Shown here piece by piece: positions 22,052 through 30,584 of a stretch of DNA of 64,000 nucleotides (its first letter is position 1; every line of letters begins with the position of its first letter). The DNA lies in assembly GCA_965218975.1 (NCBI GenBank), contig OZ244717.1:338347-402346 (forward strand), given 5' to 3'. The stretch is from Candidatus Oxydemutatoraceae bacterium (GTDB lineage: Bacteria; Pseudomonadota; Gammaproteobacteria; Poriferisulfidales; Oxydemutatoraceae). A program made the position numbers and the translations under genes. Below the pieces are notes generated by a model, which did no database searches, was not told the origin of the DNA, and was given only the letters and a program-made list of their open reading frames with translations.

Positions 22052-23202
22052 GCTACTGCTACTCCTTCACCAAACTGCCGTTCAAACGCAAGAGCGGCAA
22101 GCATAATATCCTCCTCTGTGGTAAACCGGCCTAGGCTAATACGGACCGCCTGAAGCGCCGACAAAGGCGGTTGTCCGAGGGCCGTTAAAACATGAGACGG
22201 TTCAACCCCTCGTGACGAACAGGCAGAACCCGTTGAAATCGCCACGCTCCCTTCAAGCCCGGCAATTACTTCATCTCCGGATATCCCCGGAAACGACACA
22301 TTTAAACTTCCCGGTACACGTTGATATTTGTGCCCGTTCAGTTGAAGCCCTGGCGCGCTTTTCTGCAGTAACTGCCATAGCCGGGAAGTCAGTTTCCTGA
22401 TACGTAACGAATCCTTTTCTGTCTCATTCAACGCAATTTCACATGCCGCACCAAAGCCAACAACGAGATGTACGGGCAAGGTGCCGGGACGTAAGCCGCG
22501 CTCCTGACCACCTCCTGTAGCAACCGGCCCGATGCGATCAAAAGTATCGTTGTGGACATAGAGGACCCCAATCCCCATCGGGCCATATACTTTGTGCGAG
22601 GATAACGACAACAGGTCGATTCCAAGCGAATCGACATCAATTCCTATTTTTCCGGCGGCTTGGGTTGCATCCGTATGCATTAACGCACCATGCTCATGGG
22701 CAATCGACGCAATCTCGGCAACCGGATGAACAACTCCAATTTCGTTATTAACCAGCATAGCGGATACTATCGCAGTCTTATCGCTGATCGCATCTTGCAT
22801 TTCGTCCATATCCATAATGCCGTCCGGATTCACCCCGATCTTGCGGATAGGAACTCCATCCAAACCCAATGCTCGAACTGTTTCCAAAACTGCCGGGTGC
22901 TCGGTAGCTACAGTAATAATCTCGTTACGGCCAGTGCTTCTCTTGATCGTGCCTCGAAGCGCAATGTTGCAGGATTCCGTTGCGCCGGAAGCAAAAATAA
23001 TTTCTTGGTCGTCTGCGCCTAACAGGGCAGCTACCTGAGCACGACCTTCAGCTACGGCCCGCGCCGCATTCCATCCATAGGCATGATGGATTGCATGGGG
23101 ATTCCCAAAACGCTCTTGCAGAAAAGGCTGCATGGCATCTCGAACCCGGGGGTCAAGCGGAGTGGTGGCCTGGTAGTCCAGATACACCGGTGCAGAAGCC
23201 AT
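22048..23202 (-). CDS. Cysteine desulfurase (class V PLP aminotransferase; IscS/NifS/DndA/SspA-like)
   Basis: PLP-lysine motif 'SSHKVYGPMGIGVLYV' and active-site Cys loop 'STGSACSS'. The likely start is 'MASAPVYLDYQATTPLD' at 23202. The longer listed ORF to 23274 overlaps the upstream gene. Confidence 0.85.
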   Translation of the reverse strand: MASAPVYLDYQATTPLDPRVRDAMQPFLQERFGNPHAIHHAYGWNAARAVAEGRAQVAALLGADDQEIIFASGATESCNIALRGTIKRSTGRNEIITVATEHPAVLETVRALGLDGVPIRKIGVNPDGIMDMDEMQDAISDKTAIVSAMLVNNEIGVVHPVAEIASIAHEHGALMHTDATQAAGKIGIDVDSLGIDLLSLSSHKVYGPMGIGVLYVHNDTFDRIGPVATGGGQERGLRPGTLPVHLVVGFGAACEIALNETEKDSLRIRKLTSRLWQLLQKSAPGLQLNGHKYQRVPGSLNVSFPGISGDEVIAGLEGSVAISTGSACSSRGVEPSHVLTALGQPPLSALQAVRISLGRFTTEEDIMLAALAFERQFGEGVAVA

Positions 23203-23206
23203 ATGT

Positions 23207-24568
23207 TTAGTCAGTGCAATCACATGGCAACATGGCCTTGGTTTCAGTGAGCGCTTGGACTCCGCGGTCCGCAATGTTTCGGTAAGTCATCTTGCTGTTC
23301 GTTCCAAAGAAACCGACTGTACCGTCAATGCCTCGTTGTTCTGCTGTCAAATCCCGAGTGTAGGTATCCTCTATACGAGCCCACCAAGCGACATCCATCG
23401 GTGTGTTCTGCTGACTGTTAGGTAAATCTGCCTCGCATTCCGAATGAATACTCTCATAAACCTTAGTCAGGTTTGATGTTCCCTTGAGAAAACAGTAAAC
23501 ACAATTGGACAGATGCCCGGTCGCGGGGAGTTTCAATTCAAAATCCTTGTTTTTCCGCCAGAATGCCTTAACGTCTTCTTTTTTTACACACATGTCTGAA
23601 AGCGGCATATAGACATGTTCTCCTTCATACTCCCGAACCTCAGAACTGCCCGAGATTCTCGCTTCGACACGTTGCACACGTGCCTCTTCATCTCCCCTCA
23701 ACCCGATAAAAGCGACATATTGCACTCCACCCTCGCCAAATACAGCATTCCCCCCATACGCTTTCCCATCCAAGAGCTTACTGTCCATGGCGTCTGATGC
23801 TGTCGAAAAATCCTTATAACGTTGCTCCGGACGACATACCGGCTGTGACATCACAAATTTCTTCTTGGCCAGAAAAATATCTCTTGGGACCCCGCCATTA
23901 TTGCGACGGTGGCGTTGATAAAGCGTTTCCTCATCAACCTGGGGCTTATTCTCCCAATGGCCAAGACGAGGAATGATTTTTTTGCAGGCCAGCCAGTCGC
24001 GCAGAAACATTCGTGTTGTCTCAAGTTTCAGAGTTGCTGTGCAGGTCCGGCGGAACTGGTTGGGAACATACCCTGACCACGACAACATCTCCTCAAAGAC
24101 CTCGCCCCTCCAGCAGTAACCATCCGGGTTATTTTCCGAACGAGGCTTGGCATTCACTAGCCGATAGGAAGGCAAACGAGTCCAGTCGCCGTTGCGCACA
24201 TCTTCATAGGTTTGATACTCGATCAGAAAAAATGGAATTCCGTAGCAAGATTCTGCTCGTTTCTTGCATTGGGCTACAAAGTCATAGGTGGCCGGATGTT
24301 CGGCAGCAGTATTGTTAAAGAGTATGACATCACCGCGCTCGGCCTTTAGTACACGGTTTTCCAGCAGAGTAAACAAAAGCATTCCGCTGGATCGACCGCC
24401 GGAGAATTTGACAACGTGAGGAAAATTCTCGTGCCTTTTAGACCGATATCGAAACTGATACTCGAACTCCGGATCGTATTTTTTTGGTTTGCGAAGGCGT
24501 TTCGAAACTACTAGCTTGGGAATTCCTTTTACAGAATGTTTAACAAGATTTTCTACAACGGTCTGCAT
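23207..24568 (-). CDS. PAPS-reductase-family PP-loop ATP pyrophosphatase (DndC/SspD-like), 453 aa
   Basis: PP-loop 'VVKFSGGRSSGMLLF', 'FNNTAAEHPATYDF', and a C-terminal Cys cluster 'MLPCDCTD'. Confidence 0.7.
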   Translation of the reverse strand: MQTVVENLVKHSVKGIPKLVVSKRLRKPKKYDPEFEYQFRYRSKRHENFPHVVKFSGGRSSGMLLFTLLENRVLKAERGDVILFNNTAAEHPATYDFVAQCKKRAESCYGIPFFLIEYQTYEDVRNGDWTRLPSYRLVNAKPRSENNPDGYCWRGEVFEEMLSWSGYVPNQFRRTCTATLKLETTRMFLRDWLACKKIIPRLGHWENKPQVDEETLYQRHRRNNGGVPRDIFLAKKKFVMSQPVCRPEQRYKDFSTASDAMDSKLLDGKAYGGNAVFGEGGVQYVAFIGLRGDEEARVQRVEARISGSSEVREYEGEHVYMPLSDMCVKKEDVKAFWRKNKDFELKLPATGHLSNCVYCFLKGTSNLTKVYESIHSECEADLPNSQQNTPMDVAWWARIEDTYTRDLTAEQRGIDGTVGFFGTNSKMTYRNIADRGVQALTETKAMLPCDCTD

Positions 24569-24623
24569 TACGGCCTGCCTCCAAAAATCCGGGAATTATT
24601 AAGATTCGTTGACAAGGACTGAC

Positions 24624-24968
24624 TTATTCAACCTCTTCCATGATTGGTTTTCCCTTGCGACCTACCCGCATTCTAAACTTTCTTTGCAAGTCTTTCTTGA
24701 AAACATAGGTTCGATTAAGAGGGTAAAACTCGTTCATCATCGAAAGTTTAGACATGACAAAAGAGTCTTTATCGTAATTTTCATCAAAATCGCAACCCCA
24801 TCCAAAGCAAACAAACGGCGTCAGAGCCTCATGGTTCATCGCTGCCCTGATGCCTATCAGATTCTTGCCAAGTCGTTCTATAGCGTTTCCTTGTGCCTGT
24901 TTTTTCTTTCCTTCCTGTTCACGTTCCCTATTCGTTCCCTGTTTCTTTATTTCTGAAACAACAATCAA
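24624..24968 (-). CDS. Possible small protein (114 aa) at the head of the sulfur-modification-like operon
   Basis: Co-directional ORF 55 bp upstream of the PP-loop gene. Lys/Glu-rich N-terminus, no motif. It may be non-coding. Confidence 0.25.
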   Translation of the reverse strand: MIVVSEIKKQGTNREREQEGKKKQAQGNAIERLGKNLIGIRAAMNHEALTPFVCFGWGCDFDENYDKDSFVMSKLSMMNEFYPLNRTYVFKKDLQRKFRMRVGRKGKPIMEEVE

Positions 24969-25031
24969 TTTGCGGTAGTTGGCATCATTTTCCTTTCTCA
25001 GCCAGATTACCCCGCCATCGGGTATTATTGT

Positions 25032-25781
25032 TCAATCAGTAAACACCAAATCAAACTCATGTCTCTGGCCGGCCCCTTTGATTATAGATGGCTTTGTCGC
25101 TCCGTTTGGAGTCTTTATTCTTGACCTTGTGTTGCGCCGTGTTTTGGCGCAGATCCTCTGCTCTAGCCACTGTAGAAATAATGCCCCTTTTAGCCCATGA
25201 ATATTGAAAATCAAAACTTCACTATGGAATAGAACATCGTTGTATATGTCTTTCGGCAAGGCCACTATAGACGTGATTTCAGGGTAGGTTCCATCTACAA
25301 AACGCATCCAACGCTTGCTATTCAGAGTCTGGTTAAGACGTAACCCATAAGGCGCAAACAAAACAATCGGGATGTTTTTACCAAATAACTCTATCGTTTT
25401 ACGCAACCAGACTTCAAGTAAAAGCGGACGTCTGCCGAATGTTTCCGATACCAACTGTTTTGTTTTTTCTTCAATATTAAAAGGCGGGTTCGCAATGACA
25501 AGTGCGGGTTTTTCCACTTCACCTCTTGAAAGGGAAATAAAATCCCTGACAATCGTGTCGGGAAATCCTTGATCCTCTATGTCAACCCCTTTTGTTTTGA
25601 ACCCCGCTTGCTTAAAAGGGATAAGAAGCGAACCCTTACCTACACACGGGTCAAATACGATTCTGTCGGATTTGATTTTCTTATGAACAATACTAAACAG
25701 GAATTGGCTTAATTCCGGCGGGGTGTAGACTGTGGAGTTCTTTTGCTCCTTGTAAAAGTCGTTGCGGTCAACGCGATACAT
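25032..25781 (-). CDS. N6-adenine DNA methyltransferase, gamma-class (motif I 'FDPCVGKGSL' then motif IV 'NPPF')
   Basis: 249 aa. The ATG immediately abuts the TGA of the upstream IS1595 transposase remnant (tgaATG). Confidence 0.8.
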   Translation of the reverse strand: MYRVDRNDFYKEQKNSTVYTPPELSQFLFSIVHKKIKSDRIVFDPCVGKGSLLIPFKQAGFKTKGVDIEDQGFPDTIVRDFISLSRGEVEKPALVIANPPFNIEEKTKQLVSETFGRRPLLLEVWLRKTIELFGKNIPIVLFAPYGLRLNQTLNSKRWMRFVDGTYPEITSIVALPKDIYNDVLFHSEVLIFNIHGLKGALFLQWLEQRICAKTRRNTRSRIKTPNGATKPSIIKGAGQRHEFDLVFTD

Positions 25782-26130
25782 TCATGCTACCAGTTTCTCA
25801 AACGTTACGGTCTTCCCAACCATGGCCTTAAACAGGTCATCCGGTTTGTCTTGTGTATCACGAGCAACATTGTCTTCATTCAGGCGAAAGGTGAACTCGT
25901 TGACGTACTGCCGGCAATGCTTCTTGCTCCAATTGTGGTAAACACCATTGAAGCTGCGTTTGATGAGCAACCATACAGACTCGACCCCGTTTGGTATGAG
26001 CCGTCCCGTTCACATACTCTCTGGCCGAATGGTTGACCTTTGCCTTTATACCCCCTGTAATCATCGGTGTAAGGAGTAGAGCCAAGCTCAATGTGCTCGC
26101 GGAATGGCATTGCTGGTCGTTTCATGGTCC
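25782..26130 (-). pseudogene. 5'-truncated, frameshifted remnant of an IS1595-family transposase
   Basis: The 62-aa ORF 'FNGVYHNWSKKHCRQYVNEFTFRLNEDNVARDTQDKPDDLFKAMVGKTVTFEKLVA' is ~85% identical to the C-terminus of the 16906-17826 transposase. An upstream 81-aa ORF in another frame matches the 'IYTDDHKGYK' region. Confidence 0.75.
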
Positions 26131-26544
26131 TCGGCCCGTATCGGCATGGCCTTTATATGGCCGCCACGCTCCTGCATCCCCAGCACGGCCCGTTCGTCTA
26201 CCGATCCTCGTCCAGCTTTCAGCTTCTTGTCCATGTGCTTGTTCTTTCATTTACGGGCATCCATGAGCTTGTTGTGCTCAAAAAGACTTAGCGTTTTAGC
26301 GTGTTTTCTAGACATCTTTCTTGTTCCTACAGAATATGAATTAATGCCTTTGAAGCCCCGCAACTTTGAAGAATATGGGCTAGTGATTATACACGCTTCG
26401 CTTCTGCTCTCCCGCTTCTCTCCTTACCTTTCTGCACAGGAGGCATGTCAACAGATGAGCCAACGACATGCCCTTCAAACTACCTCAATCGGTCGCAAGG
26501 CAGTGCCTTATTGGTCGTTCCCCCGTTCGCGGGTGCATAAGCTC

Positions 26545-27060
26545 AGAAACATTTGAAACCGTTTTGTGTTTGGTGGCAGATTGTCGGCGGATTGTGCCGG
26601 ATTATTGGTGGATTGTTGGTAGGTTGTGCCGGATTATTAGCAAAGTGCATGTCGTCCATGACGCGACTGGGTTCTGTCAACAAGCCCCAGCCCCGACATC
26701 CTTGTCGGGTCGTTCGCCGCTGAAAACCGTTCGGTTTTCCGGGCGCGGCTTACCCATGACGCGACTGGGTTCTGTCAACAAGCCCCAGCCCCGACATCCT
26801 TGTCGGGTCGTTCGCCGCTGAAAACCGATCGGTTTTCCGGGCGCGGCTTACCCATGACGAGACTGGGTTCTGTCAACAAGCCCCAGCCCCGACATCCCTG
26901 TCGGGTCGTTCGCCGCTGAAAACCGTTCGGTTTTCCGGGCGCGTCTCACCCGACAACGGACAGAAAGCACCGATCCGAATGTTGCTGCCGAATGCTTCCC
27001 CGGAAGCCCTTCAAGAATCCCATTTAGGGTGGCATCGTACATTCTTGACAAGCCCGCCGC
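26545..27060. repeat. Composite intergenic repeat locus R1: GGATTGTCGG-type short repeats, 3 tandem ~98-bp two-hairpin units, and a conserved ~110-bp tail
   Basis: The unit 'ATGACGCGACTGGGTTCTGTCAACAAGCCCCAGCCCCGACATCCTTGTCGGGTCGTTCGCCGCTGAAAACCGTTCGGTTTTCCGGGCGCGGCTTACCC' recurs three times. It carries hairpins CCGACA-tcct-TGTCGG and GAAAACC-gttc-GGTTTTC. Confidence 0.9.
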
Positions 27061-27166
27061 TTTCCCCTAACCTGAGCTTAAGTTACGAGGCGCAGGCCTT
27101 ATTCTTTACTCGCCCGCGGGGAGGATCCTCGCGGGGACCTTCCAGCGGTAACAACAGGAGACTATT

Positions 27167-27376
27167 ATGGAAATTACTGCTGAGAAATTTGAGCAGGAGC
27201 TTCAAAAGCTTGAACAGAGGCTTGAGCGAAAGTTTGATACGAAGCTTGATACGAAGTTTGATAAGCTCGAAGCCAAACTCGACTCGGTGAAGACTTGGTT
27301 TGTCGGTTTAATGGTCACTACCGTTTTAGTCGTGACCGCGTTGATGACAACATTCGTCAACATTAACATGAACTAA
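27167..27376 (+). CDS. Small membrane-anchored coiled-coil protein (69 aa), XhlA-like architecture
   Basis: A strong RBS (AGGAG) sits 7 nt upstream. The N-terminal heptad-like 'KFEQELQKLEQRLERKFDTKLDTKFDKLEAKLD' is followed by a single TM helix 'WFVGLMVTTVLVVTALMTTFV'. The gene sits between repeat loci R1 and R2. Confidence 0.5.
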   Translation: MEITAEKFEQELQKLEQRLERKFDTKLDTKFDKLEAKLDSVKTWFVGLMVTTVLVVTALMTTFVNINMN

Positions 27377-27487
27377 CCCGGGCATCACCGCCTATTCTTA
27401 AAACTTGGTTTCGCGTCTGCTCGCGAAATCCTACTCTAAATTGATGATACAAACCATGGGTTTTTATCCTTAGCCTGCCTATCAGCA

Positions 27488-27852
27488 TCGTTCGCCGCTG
27501 AAAACCGTTCGGTTTTCCGGGCGCGGCTCACCTGTTTTGTGTTTGGTGGTAGATTGTCGGCGGATTGTGCCGGGTTGTTGGTGGATTGTTGGTAGGTTGT
27601 GCCGGATTATTAGCAAAGTGCATGTCGTCCATGACGAGACTTCGTGCTGTTAATGAACCCCAGCCCCGACATCCTTGTCGGGTCGTTCGCCGCCCGCTAA
27701 AAAAGGTGGCACCGTTCGGTTTTCCGGGGCGCGGCTCACCCATGACGAGACTTGGTTCTGTCAATGAGCCCCAGCCCCGACATCCCTGTCGGGTCGTTCG
27801 CCGCTGAAAACCCCGCTGAAAACCGTTCAGTTTTCCGGGCGCAGCTCACCCT
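27488..27852. repeat. Composite repeat locus R2 (same family; head plus ~2.5 units)
   Basis: Same head ('gattgtcggcggattgtgccgggttgttggtggattgttgg...caaagtgcatgtcgtccatgacg') and same hairpin units as R1. Confidence 0.9.
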
Positions 27853-27909
27853 GCGGCGTCAGGGTGGGCCTTATCCGCACGTAGCGGTCAACCGTATATA
27901 GCGTCAGGC

Positions 27910-29661
27910 ATGCGAGCCGAAATCGGACAGCGCCGGCAACCGATATATCCTCGCATCCCGGTAACATTGCCTGCGCGGACCGCGCAGCTCATTGGGTTAC
28001 AATACCCCGTAGCTAAAAATAAAAAAGGTCTGACTGACAACTACATGTTTTACCTAGATACGACAACGCCTTTATTTCAAGACAAAGAGAATCAAGACCT
28101 GATTACCATATATCAGGCGAGTGTTTGGATATCAAAGCACCTAAACAAAGAAGTAACCTCCTCCAATATCTCGTATCTAATCCAATACGGAAGGATTGCC
28201 AAATATTCGGAGAACGGGACAACCGCGGTCAGTAAAAACGAGCTGGTCAATTACTATAAAGGCTTTCTTCAGGACCGGGAAAGTGTTTGGAAGAATAAGC
28301 TCGGGGACGACCTAAACTGGAATCTTTCATTCGACTTCCTCAGAGAGAAAGACACAACGAAGCATGTGCATCGATTTCATCCCTACAAGGGGAAGTTTAT
28401 CCCTCAATTAGTTGAGTATTTCTTGGATGGCCACACGGATGAGTTTAAAAAAGAGGCCTTTTTCCAAACCGGGGATATTGTTTTAGACCCGTTCTGCGGC
28501 AGCGGAACAACGCTGGTGCAAGCAAACGAACTCGGAATGCACGCCGTCGGCGTTGACATTTCAGCTTTCAATACTTTGATTGCCAACGTAAAAATAGCGA
28601 AGTATGACCTCAACGAGCTGCGCAACGAACTGAGATGCATAGGCCTTTTACTTCGGCGGAAAACATACGATTCTCCGAATATTGAGTTTGAAAGAGAATT
28701 GTCGGAAGCGTTAAACGTCTTTAATAAAAACAACTTTCCGACACCGGATTTCAAAAGAAAGCTTCGGGTAAAGGAAATAGATGAAAAAACTTATGCCTGC
28801 GAAAAAGAGAAGGAATTTATGCCTGCTTATGACAAATTGGTTAAGAGGCATCGTATTCAAATTAAGCAGACTAAAACCGGCCGTTTTACGGACAAGTGGT
28901 TTTTGAGGCCCGTAAAGGATGAGATAGAGTTGTTGCTCAAACAAATCAGGGAAGTCAAGAATGAGCGCATCAGAAAAATCTTGGAAATCGTTTTAAGCAG
29001 AACCGTTCGGTCGTGCCGAGCTACGACCCATGCCGACCTGGCCACCTTGAAAGAGCCCGTAACAAAACCGTATTACTGCAAAAAACACGGCAAGATTTGC
29101 AAGCCCTTGTTTTCTGTCCGGTCGTGGTGGAAGAGATACGGTGAGGACACTTTAATCAGGATTCAGGCATTTAATACTCTGCGCACTGAAACCAAACAAA
29201 TCTGCCTGCAGGGAGATTCGAGAACAATAAACTTGATTGATCGCCTGCCGGGGAAAGAGAAGCGCCTTGCGGGACTTATAAAAAGCAAAGGAATAAACGG
29301 CATATTTACCAGTCCTCCTTATGTCGGACTGATTGACTACCACGAACAGCACGCCTACGCATACGACCTATTTGGCTACAAAAGAAACGACCGGCTTGAA
29401 ATAGGCCCCCTGTCCGAAGGGCAAGGCGCTATAGCAAGACAAACTTACTCGGAGTCAATTGCCGAAGTGCTACGAAATTGCAGAAAATACCTTGCGAAGG
29501 ACTTTAATGTTTTTCTTGTCGCGAATGATAAATACAACTTGTATCCATCAATCGCCAAACTTGCCGATATGCGCATAGCGAATACGTATAAGCGACCGGT
29601 TCTTAACCGAACGGAAAGGGATAAAGGGGCTTATTCGGAGATGATATTTCACTTGAAATAA
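27910..29661 (+). CDS. DNA methyltransferase (motif I 'DPFCGSGTT', motif IV 'SPPYVGLIDY'; SPPY suggests N4-cytosine or N6-adenine), 583 aa
   Basis: Both MTase motifs are present. The true start may be internal (e.g. Met at ~28045). Confidence 0.75.
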   Translation: MRAEIGQRRQPIYPRIPVTLPARTAQLIGLQYPVAKNKKGLTDNYMFYLDTTTPLFQDKENQDLITIYQASVWISKHLNKEVTSSNISYLIQYGRIAKYSENGTTAVSKNELVNYYKGFLQDRESVWKNKLGDDLNWNLSFDFLREKDTTKHVHRFHPYKGKFIPQLVEYFLDGHTDEFKKEAFFQTGDIVLDPFCGSGTTLVQANELGMHAVGVDISAFNTLIANVKIAKYDLNELRNELRCIGLLLRRKTYDSPNIEFERELSEALNVFNKNNFPTPDFKRKLRVKEIDEKTYACEKEKEFMPAYDKLVKRHRIQIKQTKTGRFTDKWFLRPVKDEIELLLKQIREVKNERIRKILEIVLSRTVRSCRATTHADLATLKEPVTKPYYCKKHGKICKPLFSVRSWWKRYGEDTLIRIQAFNTLRTETKQICLQGDSRTINLIDRLPGKEKRLAGLIKSKGINGIFTSPPYVGLIDYHEQHAYAYDLFGYKRNDRLEIGPLSEGQGAIARQTYSESIAEVLRNCRKYLAKDFNVFLVANDKYNLYPSIAKLADMRIANTYKRPVLNRTERDKGAYSEMIFHLK

Positions 29662-29669
29662 AAAACAGA

Positions 29670-30455
29670 ATGGCACTTGATGAACGACAAATAACAGGAA
29701 TCGGGGGCACTATAAGGGAAAGCCTAAGGAATAAGCTCAGCAATTATAAACCCGAGACAAACCACATGCCCTTTCACTACAGATTGATCGGTAAAGACAG
29801 AATGGCGTTGTTTTCTTTTATTCACTCTCTGAATACAACCTTCGGAACTTCTATCTTTGAACCTGCGGCAGAAGCTTTGGCGAAACCGAACTTCCGGTCC
29901 GTAAACAAACAATACGAAGTCGGCAATAAAATCAGCAAACGGTCCCAGTCCGAAATTCAGAGCATTATCAATGATCTTACAACCGGAAAAGACCCGGATA
30001 AAAAAGCAGAGAGCGAAAGAATAAGAAAAGTATGTAACAGCGGCAGTATGGAAGAACTACAAACTGTAAAAGTAGATTTATACGCTCAAAGTTTTGACGG
30101 AGTAGTCCATTTGTTCAACCTGAAACCCGCCAAACCGAACATTAGCGACTTCAAAGACTTTAAAAGAACCCTGTTAGAGTGGACTGCAATTTTTCTGGCC
30201 AACAATCCACAAGCAAGAGTAAATTCATATATTGCCATCCCCTACAATCCTTATGAACCGAAACCTTACGAGAGATGGACCTTAAAAGGAATGCTAGACT
30301 TGGAAAATGAACTGAAGGTTGCGGAAGAGTTCTGGGATTTTTTAGGCAGCGAAGGCACTTACGAGGACTTGCTCGGATGCTTTGAAAAAGTGGGAGTCGG
30401 AATGAAGGAAGAGATAAGCGATTATTTCCAGAGATTTAATCAGGTTTTAATATGA
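29670..30455 (+). CDS. Putative type II restriction endonuclease partner (261 aa) of the upstream MTase
   Basis: It starts 8 nt after the MTase stop, has no homolog family I can name, and the size is typical of type II REases. This is a context-only inference. Confidence 0.35.
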   Translation: MALDERQITGIGGTIRESLRNKLSNYKPETNHMPFHYRLIGKDRMALFSFIHSLNTTFGTSIFEPAAEALAKPNFRSVNKQYEVGNKISKRSQSEIQSIINDLTTGKDPDKKAESERIRKVCNSGSMEELQTVKVDLYAQSFDGVVHLFNLKPAKPNISDFKDFKRTLLEWTAIFLANNPQARVNSYIAIPYNPYEPKPYERWTLKGMLDLENELKVAEEFWDFLGSEGTYEDLLGCFEKVGVGMKEEISDYFQRFNQVLI

Positions 30456-30584
30456 AAAGGCCAAACCAAAGCGGCCTTGCGGGTAGCCGCCGAAGAATAT
30501 CCCGCATACCCGGGATACACCGCCGCTTAGTCCATCATGCTAGGAAAGTGCGCATAAGGCAAAAATTGCCATTCAAAGATTGCA

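Noticed and set aside
23203-23274. Extended N-terminus of the cysteine desulfurase overlapping the PP-loop gene by 68 bp
   Set aside because: The conserved IscS-like N-terminus begins at 'MASAPVYLDYQATTP', which places the start 5 nt after the upstream stop. The extension is likely not translated.
26545-26660. GGATTGTCGG / GGATTGTGCCGG short tandem repeats as a possible second CRISPR array
   Set aside because: The units are 10-12 bp with no unique spacers between them, and they are part of the composite repeat head at all four loci. Not a CRISPR.
26848-27807. ORFs through hairpin-repeat loci R1 and R2 (e.g. 26848-27051-, 27528-27764-, 27565-27807+; 'RARKTERFSAANDPTRMSGLG' peptides)
   Set aside because: Their peptide sequence is generated by the tandem 98-bp units. 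No independent start or RBS context. Repeats, not genes.
27910-28045. First ~45 codons of the 583-aa MTase ORF
   Set aside because: The N-terminal extension 'MRAEIGQRRQPIYPRIP...' lies in GC-rich sequence immediately after the repeat locus. The true start may be a downstream Met. Kept inside the CDS feature but flagged as uncertain.
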